Assembly: GCA_951406725.2 (NCBI GenBank)
Contig: OX597815.1
Span: 54,684,001 to 54,748,000, forward strand
DNA length: 64,000 nucleotides
Reading direction: 5' to 3'
Source of the DNA: Octopus vulgaris
Lineage: Eukaryota
The translations under genes and the position numbers were made by a program. The notes beneath the pieces are model-generated. The model worked only from the letters and a program-made list of their open reading frames with translations, was not told where the DNA came from and ran no database searches. Shown piece after piece: positions 53,506-64,000 of the stretch; positions within the stretch are counted from its first letter, which is position 1, and each line of letters opens with the position of its first letter.

Positions 53506-54114
53506 ATTGAAAATAATTGAAAAAGAAATCTGGTCTATAATAACATCAGTTTTTATTTCTTCTACTGCCTGTAGAATTGATGGATGTTTTGTTGGTTTGA
53601 TAGGGCAAATATAAGCTTTACTATGAGTAGATATAGATACTCTGTAACAACATCAACAACAGTCACCATGACGACAAGCAGGAGGAGGAATGTCGTGATG
53701 GTGCGTGTCGTAGATTTGATGTATAATTGTAAAGTTTATAATATCATTAGGATAGTGCTGGTGATGGTGCTGGTGATGGAAGTGAGTGTAATATGGTTGT
53801 TGCAATGGTGATGTGATTTTGGTGGCGGCGGCGTTATGTTTGTCATGGTGATGGTGCTTATAAGATGATGACTGTGGTGGTGGTGGTGGTGGTGGTGAGG
53901 ATGATGATAATGATGATGGCGTTGTTATTGTTGGTAGCGAGAAGTGAATAATTACCCTATCAATTTGCATTGAGTTTTGAGAAATGTCGACATACGAATA
54001 TGCATGAAATGTAAACTGAAAAGCTAAACCATACCACACACAGACACAACGCCGAAGAGCGCATATAGGGGCACTAGCGCAACAATCTTACACATATGCT
54101 CGAAGCACACGCAC

Positions 54115-54159
<45 letters not shown>

Positions 54160-54315
54160 CATACACATACATACATACACACACACATATATGCACACAC
54201 ACACACACATGCAATGCGTATGCATTCAGCTTCCTATAGATACAGCTCGAATATAGATAAGGGCATAAACATACACAGACAGTCGTCTATAAGCAAATGC
54301 GCATACACTTACGCA

Positions 54316-54359
<44 letters not shown>

Positions 54360-54543
54360 CAAACATACATGCACACATGTAGACACATATATAGGAAGTG
54401 AGTAAAGGTTATAGCTACATTCTTAAAGACGTTCCTGTTGCTATAGTCACTGCCAACTTGTACAGTCAAACAAAACTGTATGTTGCCCTGAATATGTCAT
54501 GCCCGAAACATATAAAATGCAGAGTGAGATAGTAATAATAATA

Positions 54544-54544
<1 letters not shown>

Positions 54545-54639
<95 letters not shown>

Positions 54640-54718
54640 GTGGTGTTGGTGGTGGTGGTGGTGGTGGTGGTGGTGGTGGTGGTGGTGGTGGTGGTGGTGG
54701 TGGTGGTGGTGGTGGTGG

Positions 54719-54749
<31 letters not shown>

Positions 54750-54934
54750 GGTGGTGGTGGTGGTGGTGGTGGTGGTGGTGGTGGTGGTGGTGGTGGTGGT
54801 GGTGGTGGTGATGATGATGATGATGATGATGATAATTAATAAGAGCATCACAGCAAACCACAGCACATACTCAAGGCACACAGAGCTTAGCTCGGTAGTG
54901 AAGTGAAAGCATGTGATAAAAATAAGACTACTGA

Positions 54935-55003
<69 letters not shown>

Positions 55004-55018
55004 AGAGGCAGGAGAGGA

Positions 55019-55070
<52 letters not shown>
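54545..55070. repeat. Compound (GAT)n/(GGT)n/(GAAA)n microsatellites
   Basis: Direct tandem repeats. Confidence 0.95.
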
Positions 55071-55886
55071 GAGAGGTGCTGACTGTGATAAGATTATTTG
55101 CATTATGCTTTTATAACATGAGAAATTTAATGTCCGCACGCCATTTATGCCTTTTATAGAGTAACGGGCGGATGTGATAAAAATCACTTATAATATATCA
55201 TGCAGAACTGCAGATAGTCAAATCAATTCGAATATTGGTTTACTTAACAACTTTGTTCAGCAGTTGTATCCGATTACGAAATCTGCGCTAGTCCAAGTCA
55301 CTCACCACTCAAATGCTCCAATTCATCTAGTTTTCAATATACTATTGTTATTGTTGTCGTTTGTGCTGCTCCTGCTGCTGCTAATGATGATGATGATGAT
55401 GATGATGATGTTGTTATTGTTGTTTCTCGTGTTATCATCGCCGTCGTCATCGTTACTTTCAATCAGGCCAGCTCTGATCCACCTTCTTTTAAAGATTTTA
55501 TAGGCCTATATTTCCCACTGCCACTGTCTTTCTCTTACTCAAGACGGCAGGATATCATTTGACAGAATTTGTCTACTGCTTCTTGCAGATCGACTAACGG
55601 GATAAAGGACCGTCTTTATCTTCATTGTATATTGCAACGCGATACAACCCGATGTGCTCAGCCCCGAGAGGTTTGTGCAACATACATGTGATCGTTAACT
55701 TACAATACTCAGTAGAACCCTGCCGTATATGTCGTTAGATGAGGTGATATCTACCAAAATGACCTACGCCCGAAACACTACGTGAAGATGAAGTTTCTAC
55801 TGTTTTCATTCCAATACAATGAAAATTATTAGACTTACAATTATACGTTTTGATGAGTACATAAAAGATGCGCGCGCACACACACA

Positions 55887-55925
<39 letters not shown>

Positions 55926-56089
55926 AGGCACACGCGCGTACACACACTCTCACACATACATACATACATACATACATACATACATACATACATACATACA
56001 TACATACATACATACATACATACATACATACATACATACATACATTCTCGGAAAATACTAACAAGCACACATAATTTCCACATAAACAG

Positions 56090-56965
56090 TGACATAGATC
56101 GCCTCTACCTAAAACGAAAACTAGGCGACAGAGGCTTAACATCGATCCAAAATGCCTTTGACTGTCGTATCATATCCCTTCGGCAACATATTTTAACCAT
56201 CAAGTGTCGAAGTGCATCTCTTGAATAAGCTGAACGAGATGCATCCCTTGAACATGAGACTGATAACATCTTAAAACTTGGAATGCAGCTCCTTGAGCAG
56301 TATTCCTTGTCTGATAACCTTAAATACATACCCAAAGAAGTCGAACGACTCTACCGCAATGTATCATCAGATGAAAGGCTGAGCATACATGGGCAGAAGA
56401 TCATGTATGGATATGTTAGTAGGAAGCTCAGAGATGATAGTAACATTGATCACCAATACAGTCTCTCACTGATCAGCAACCGGATTACTACCTCCTACAG
56501 TAGAATATAACAACCGATGCAGACTTTGTGGTGTTAAAAACCGAAGATATCACCCACAGCATAAGCAGTTGTCCAAAAATGTCATCAAGGTATTATCTAC
56601 CGATGAGATATGATGTTGTAGCTAGGACACTGTATAACGAGATTGATCGAAAGCATAACTCCGAGGACAAAGGAATAAGAAACCAAATATGGAGGAAGTC
56701 ATAGCAACTCATAATTAAAAGGAGTACTGCTGCGATGTCCTAATGAAAACGTCAATAAAGTGTAAACACAGTAGGCCTGATATAATGATTTGAGACAGAG
56801 AAGAGAAACTGTGCACAAATGTGGAACTCTGCTGCCCAGCAGATGTTAACATAAAGCTGAAGATCAGTGACAAAGAAAATACCTACGCTGAACTATTGAA
56901 AAATTTGCAACTATTCTATTCAGATTACAAGTTCAGGTTTATACCTGCAATTATTGGGGCCCTAT
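56090..56965 (+). pseudogene. Restriction-like-endonuclease LINE 3' remnant, copy 1
   Basis: DIDRLYLKRKLGDRGL, SSCPKMSSRYYLPMRYDVVA, CKHSRPDIMI, CPADVNIKLKISDKENTY, FIPAIIGAL. Confidence 0.8.
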
Positions 56966-57059
56966 GACCTACTATACAATCCCAAAACAGCAAGACTAAC
57001 ATACCTCAAAGAAGACTTTAAATACTCAGCATACCAAAAAATGGCGATGTATAAGTATG

Positions 57060-57810
57060 ATCTCCAAAGAATTGCAGATAGTAATATTGACATGAAGCGA
57101 AGCCTCTCTTGGAGTCGTGACTGTTACATCATACTTCGAAGGCTATGCATTTACAATCCAAGGACAGGAGAGTCCTACTAAATACGAAAGTGACGCTGAA
57201 ACTTTAGAGTTCCAAGATGCAAGCGAAAATGTGGATTTATGTCATATTTTTGTGGAAGATATCACACATGTCATTAGCAGTTGCTCAAAAATATTATCAA
57301 GGTGCTACCTCCCTATGCGACACAACGTTGTTGCAAAAAAAAACAATATACAATGCCACCCGGAGAAAAGACTGTCTCGGTATAAATACAGAGAACACAC
57401 ACGCGCTTTTATTGAATACGTACACAAACATCAACACAAGCAATATTTGTAGAATATTGCCATCAAAACATCTGTCAAGTGTAAGTATAACTAGCCGAAT
57501 ATCATTCTTTGGGATAGACAAGAAAAGTATGTATTGTCAGAAAGGTCACCTGTCCTACTGATGTGAATATTTCTTTAAAAATCAAAGAGAAAGAAAATAA
57601 CTATGGACAACTGCTTCGAAACCTCCAGCTTCTCTATCCAGATTGTAAATTCACATTTATACCAATAATAAATGGTGCAATTGATTTTGTGAATAAATGC
57701 CTGACAGTGTGGATAAGCTTTGATTTTCAGAAAAAGAAATCAACCATCTAACTCTCACATTACAAGTACAATCTGTAAATGAAACAGTAAAAATATGCAA
57801 GACTTTAAAA
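57060..57810 (+). pseudogene. Restriction-like-endonuclease LINE 3' remnant, copy 2 (related subfamily)
   Basis: VTSYFEGYAFTIQ, EDITHVISSCSK...YLPMRHNVVAK, CPTDVNISLKIKEKENNY, FIPIINGAI. Confidence 0.8.
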
Positions 57811-57999
57811 TGTAACTTTGTTTTTGTTATCTATATTCCAACGACAAAGCAGAGAAATAATTTCAGAGGGTGAAGTTATGGGAAAGAAGGGATTAGTGTT
57901 GGATGTGGAGAAGTTAGATGCAACAATGTAGAGAGAGGAGAGACGCGATTGTCTAAGTTAAAACGGTATGGACCTAGCCAGATCTGAGAATCCAAGGCT

Positions 58000-58340
58000 T
58001 TTATAGTACTGGTAGAAAAGTTATAGAGCGGAAACAGCACATGTTGAGGGGTTGGAGCGTGCCATCTACATAAGAATAGGTATTGTTGGATGTAGCAGCA
58101 ACTAAATCTTTGATGTACCAAAGAAATAGAGTTGGGGACAAAACTGAAAACTGAGATACACCAGAGTTAGTACAATGAAGGACAGAAAAGTCTCTGTCAA
58201 CATACGCGTCACCAGTGCAATCTGATCGGAAGCGATCAATCCTAGACACAAAAGGTCGATGGAACTCAGAGGTGGGCAGTTTCGATAGAGCTTTAATAGA
58301 GTTATATAACATCCACTCCAGAACAATGTTTTTCAAGAAA
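58000..58340 (-). pseudogene. CR1/Jockey/L2-group RT fragment
   Basis: NSGVSQFSVLSPTLFLWYIKDL...YSYVDG is a decayed SGVPQGSVLSPTLF...IND...YADD. Confidence 0.65.
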
Positions 58341-58869
58341 TGCATAATAATCTTAAGATAGAGGATGTCAAAATTATCAATAAACAGATCAATTCGGGGA
58401 AAAAACCCATAAAGTTGATGGTATACCATCTGAGGTTATAAAACAAGGAGGGGACATAATGGTTGATTTGTGATTACAATGAATACACTGTGAAACAATT
58501 TTTATTCATTTTTTTTACGTTGGTCAGTAAGTGTTATTTCCTATTTACTTCTGTCTAGAAATCAAAGGAAACGACTACTATTTCCTTTAAACTTTGCTTT
58601 TGTGACCTGGACGTCAATGTTTTGAAACTCACCTGTTTTCCATTTCATTTCAGATTCAGCTGACGCAGAAATATTGTGATGGCAAATATTCTGCTCAATA
58701 CCACAGATATGCTTGTCACCACGATATCCCTTAGTGGCTGACAATACGTGCATCTCTAATCGTGAGTAGGAGTAGTGAGGGAACATCATGGCCATGTGTT
58801 GAGATGGATTCTTTTGGGTTTAAATAAATGTAACAAAAGCAAAGCTTGAAAGAAATATTTTTAAAAACT

Positions 58870-59075
58870 TTCTAGGAGTAACCAAATAGGAAATAGCAGT
58901 TACTACACAAGGATAAAAATCGTCTTACACAGTGTTATCAATGTATGGAATAGTTTACCATTTCCAAAAGACGGGAGAGATGCAATTTCACTGGACAAGA
59001 GAAAAGGTACCAGATTAAACAGTAGTAACTTTCATGGTATTTTCTTTCTTGTAACTGATGGAAAGATATTTACTA
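58870..59075 (+). pseudogene. Small RTE-like RT fragment
   Basis: FPKDGRDAISLDKRKGTRLNSSNFHGIFFLVTDGKIF resembles the RTE motif P.DW....LYK.KG.R.DC.NY.GISLL...GKI. Confidence 0.5.
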
Positions 59076-60327
59076 TCTACATACGTAAGCTTCATCGCTG
59101 TCGTAGTGGATTTAGATTATAACTCTAATAAAATTGAAACATGTCTTGAATTATCCCTCGTATTTATCAAAACGATCAAAATAACATTGGTCAATAAATA
59201 ATATTGTTTCCTTTCTCTCCACACACTACTATCTTCTTACCTTTTTGTGCTTCCTGTATTATATAAGCTAATCGAAGAGAAATTTATTCTCTGAACACTT
59301 AACAACATTAGCTTTTCTTTCATGTCCCTTTCAGTTTATATAGGCTTATTTTAGAATATTGTGACTTTGTTATCTTCAGTGTTAGATGTTATTATCTATC
59401 TTGCTTTGGTAGTGCTTGCCTACTGCCCAGTGGTTACAAACTACTAGGTTATGTCTGCTTTCTGAAGGCCTTTTGTCTCAGTTGTTAAACAATCACTGAT
59501 AATGTATTTTTGGCATCCTCTCACATATAACTCAGTCCTGTCCGGTCGAAGCCTTTTCTACATCACTTGGGTCGTATCTTCCATTTTTATTTTCAAGAAA
59601 TATTTTATTTTTAGCACTTCGTATGTTCACATTATGCTTAGTTGCTTATATATCCCGAACCACAAAGTTCATTACTCAATATCCATAATAAGATAATATT
59701 TAGATGCACTATTCATCTTCTCTTTTGCTATTTTGTTATACAATCTATTTCTGATTTTTTTTTATTAGGTATTTTTTAATCCTACCCAAAGTTAATTTAT
59801 ACAATATTTTCTTTACATGAACCTTCTCCGCGTTTGAAACTTCAGAAATCGATCTTCTCATTATCAGACTTTAATTGGTGTATTTTAAATTCTATCAGAA
59901 GTCTATTTTTCCCAGCTGTGTCGACAAATTTATTTTCCAAACTAATACATTAATATAGTAGTTAGTGTTATTTTATAAATTATTATTTATTCATTATACT
60001 TGTGTTTAGTTCTTTACATAATACTACAGTATTCTTTGATGTATTTTTATTTCATTAGTGTATGCTTTATATATTCATAAGCGTTATTATGTCATTCATT
60101 GATTAATAATTATCTGTCATGTTACATTAAATTTCCATGTTTATGTGCATTTAGCCCACAGATGCATTTGATAAATCAATGAACTGCGACAGTATTCCTT
60201 CTAGTTGGTCGTTATCGCTTCTACAGAGTTTCAGCAAATCAGGGTCCTTTAAGTGTGCCAGTACTAGAGAAAACAAAGTAATTGGAACAATAAAACATCC
60301 TAATCACTACACTTCACTCCATCCCAG

Positions 60328-60395
<68 letters not shown>

Positions 60396-60456
60396 CATTC
60401 ATACATACATACATACATACATGCATACATACATACATACATACATACATACATAC

Positions 60457-60835
60457 AGGAGCAGGCGTGGCTGTGTCGTAAGAAGCTTGCTTCCCAATCA
60501 CATAGTTCCGGGTTCAGTCCCACTGAGTGGCACCTTCGGCAACTGTCTTCTACTATAGCCTCGGGCCGACCAAAGCCTTGTGAGTGGATTTGGTAAACGG
60601 AAACTGAAAGAAGCCCGTCGTATATAAGTGTGTGTGTATGTGTGTATGTGTCTTTGTGTCTGTGTTCGCCTAACAACTGATATTGGTGCGTTTATATCCC
60701 CGTAACTTAGTGGTTCGGCAAAAGTGACCGATAGAATAAGTACTAGGATTACATTGAAAGCCCTTCGACTAGAAAACCCTTTAAGGCAGTGCTCCAGCAT
60801 GGCCGCAGTCAAATGCCTGAAACAAGTAAAAGAGT
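60457..60835 (+). mobile_element. SINE family A copy
   Basis: aggagcaggcgtggctgtgtcg...ggttcagtccc...aaacaagtaaaagagt. Confidence 0.9.
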
Positions 60836-60841
60836 AGCAGA

Positions 60842-61000
<159 letters not shown>

Positions 61001-61734
61001 CCAGAACTTGTGATCTGTATTTTAAGTTTTTTAAATCCTACACCAATTTATTAGTTCGTAAGCAGCTACCGTATGGTTGTGTCATTATTTATATTTTGAT
61101 TGTGGTCAATGTTTATACTGATTTTCTCCAGGGCAGAACCAAGTGGTGTGTTGATGCTATTGTTTTCGATTAAAACATTCTAGAAACTCTTCATCCTTAA
61201 GAAACCTTCCTTATCCCATATTTTAAATTGGTACAAATGTTCTGCATCAAGTGAAAAATCCAAAAGACGTTTTCCTTTCTAGTTCCTCTAAATGCGATAG
61301 CTGAACTCGGTTTCCTGTTTAACAATGACGTGTGTAGTTCATGGTTTGTTTATCAGTTAAATTTTGCATCATGTTATTGCAACGTTCTTCTATCAACAAG
61401 AATTTCCTTTCCATTTATCCAAAGATAAATACTTTTTACCAAGCTTGTATTAATGACAAACGTTTAGGTTGTAGTGTTCATTACATGAAACAAGTTAACA
61501 CAACCCTATAGCGAAGTAATTAACGTGAGTGTTTTTTCTTAAGTATACTTATTCTTCAGATTTGGTTTTTTTAAATTCCTCTTTAGTAGAGAAAGAACTT
61601 CTCATTGGAATTTCAGTATCTGGTAAGTATAACTGCGTATGTATGTATGTATGTATGTATGTATGTATGTATGTATGTATGTATGTATGTATGTATGTAT
61701 GTATGTATGTATGTATGTATGTATCTAAAGAATG

Positions 61735-64000
61735 TATGTATACATACATTCTTTTGGAAAGGGATGAATTAAGAGTTTAGAGGAGAAGCTGGAGTGGCAT
61801 TTGCTGTTAAGACTACTCTTGTGGACAAGTTGGAAGAATTCCCAGTCGGAATTAACGAGCGTCTTATGTCCATGAGAATTCCTTTGGTTAAAGGAAATTA
61901 TGCGACCTTGGTGAGTGCGTATGCTCCAACTATGTACTATACTGATGACGAAAAAATTTCTTTTTACCATGCTTTGAAGGGCATTATAAGAAATATCTCT
62001 CGGGCCGACAAATTCATCGTACTGGGTGACTTTAATGCTAATGTGGGTAGGGATTTTAACACATGGGCTGTAATTGGAAAGCATGGGGTGGGAAACTGTA
62101 ACAGTAATGGCATGCTTTTGCTGCAGATGTGTGAGGAGCTGCATTTGTGTGTTACCAATACCATATTTCAGCAAAAGAATAAGTTTAAGACCACATGGAT
62201 GCACCCTGCATCTAAAGAATGGCATATTCTGGACTACATCCTAGTTAGGGTGTGTGACAGACCAGATGTGCAGTGTGTTTGTGTTCTTCGTGGAGCTGAG
62301 TGTTGGACTGACCACCGCCTAGTATGTGCAAAAGTGAAATTAGTCACAAAATATAAAATCCGGGCTGCAGTGATTACCCTGCCTAAAAGACTGAATGTTG
62401 ATCGTCTTAGGTGTAATAGTGTGAAGAGAACTTTACGAGAGGAAATGAATGCTGCAGATAGTGGGGAGGATTGGCCGACCCTTAAAAAGTCAGCTTATGA
62501 TATAGGCAAGAAAGTTTGGAGTTTCATACAAAGATAGCATCAAGACTGGTTTAAAGAAAATGATGAACATATAGATGATAAAAGACGTACTTTGTCACGC
62601 TATTTGTCAGCAAAGCCACAGGAAAGGGAAGTGTTGCATAGGAAACTCAAGGATGTAAAAGGATGTAAAAAAGTGTTGCATAGGAAACTCAAGGATGTAA
62701 AATCACGTGTGAAGCAAAGGCTCTCTCAGATGAGGGATACGTGGTGGAGTAAGAAGGTTGATGAGATATAGGTGGCGTCGGACTCCAATAACACAAAACT
62801 GTTGTATGGTCTTTTGCGAGAAGTTTATCGACCGACATCTTCTCTGATGACACCACTTCGAAGCAGGGATGATAAAGAACTTCTTGATTCACAAGGAATT
62901 CTGCGAAGGTGGAATGAACACTTTGATGAACTTTTGAATCAACAGTCTGTAGTTAGTGAGGATGTTCTCAATCTCATCCCTGGATTACCCGTGAAGGCAG
63001 CACTCGCAGAACCACCAAAGTTGGAAGAAGTTGCAGTGGCTCTCAAGGATTAATAATGAGAAATCTCCAGGTATGGATGGCATACATGCGGAGTTGTTAC
63101 AGCATGGTGGTGAGAAGATTCTGCAGCAACTTCACTCTTTTTTTGGTAAGATATGGGCTAGTGAATCTGTACCTGAGGACTGGAGATATACAGTAATGGT
63201 GGTCTTGTATAAGGGAAAGGGCAACAGGAGCGATTGTGGTAACTATAAGGGAATATCATTGCTTTCTCTCGTAGGAAAAATTTTATGCAGGGTACTTCTG
63301 GATCGTCTGCGGAAAAGCGTTGCAGCATGTGTTCTTCCAGAAACTCAATCTGGCTTTCGTGTGGGACGTGGCACTGCTGATATGATCTTTTCAGCTAGAC
63401 AGCTTCAGGAAAAGTGTGTGGAACAGAGCCTGGATTTGTATCAGGATTTTGTCGATGTGATAAAAGCCTTTGATACCGTTAATAAAATGCATTGTGGAAA
63501 GTCCTCCAGAAACTTGGGTGTTCTGAAAAGCTCCTTGCTTTGGTTAGGGTTAATGTTAGAGAGAAAACGTCGGAGCCCATTTCAATACAAAATGGAGTGA
63601 AACAGGGGGATATTCTGGCACCGACCCTATTTGCCATATATTTTGCGATAGTTTTCTGTATTGCATTCAGAAACTGCAGATATGGTGTTTACATCCATTA
63701 TCGAACCTCTGGCAGCATATTTAATATCAGGCGCTTTGCTGCAAAAGCAAAGGTATTTACCTCTATCATAAGAGACCTTTTGTATGCTGATGATTGTGAT
63801 CTAGTAGCGCACACAGAGATTGATATGCAACACATTTTGAATGCATTCTCTGATGCTTGCACTGCCTTCGGATTGACAGTCAATCTCAAGAAAACTGTTG
63901 TCATGTACCAACCTCCCCCTGGTAAGCAGTATAGTGTACCAAATATCTATATGTATGGTAAACGACTTGATGTAGTTGATCAGTTTGTCTACCTGGAAGG
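61735..64000 (+). mobile_element. RTE-clade LINE (APE and RT), 5' truncated, inactivated, running off the window end
   Basis: APE: YTFFWKG, GVAFAV, SAYAPT, LGDFNANVG, TTWMHP, LDYI, WTDHRLV; RT: KSPGMDGI, NYKGISLLS, PETQSGFR, FVDVIKAFDTV, GVKQGDILAPTLF, LYADD; several stops and frameshifts. Confidence 0.95.

Noticed and set aside
55735-55790. GATGA...CC-GAAAC hammerhead-like spacing
   Set aside because: Core lacks CU, the cleavage triplet would end in G, and there is no stem I

Overview
AT-rich eukaryotic DNA with dense microsatellites. The two dominant tRNA-derived SINE families and the transposon mix suggest an octopus or other coleoid cephalopod genome (inference). I found no convincing host protein-coding exon; almost every ORF in the track is microsatellite- or TE-derived. 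Decayed mobile elements include a Gypsy 3' end with LTR, two mariners, two DD37D maT remnants, a Tigger/pogo, a hAT, a Helentron-type HINE, RTE, Tx1/L1, CR1/Jockey and restriction-like-endonuclease LINEs, and at least four Penelope-like elements (PLEs) with coding remnants. The most notable signal is a set of about 12 type I hammerhead ribozyme (HHR) motifs of about 9 distinct sequence types, which I folded by eye. They sit in PLE pseudo-LTRs and in small non-coding modules inserted into (TA)n tracts, often nested. Several modules are head-to-head palindromes pairing a ribozyme with its own antisense copy. One is a 482-bp tandem unit with one HHR per copy, a retrozyme/circRNA-like design. Non-canonical cores (CCGAAGA, UUGAUGA) recur. 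No ribozyme activity has been tested.
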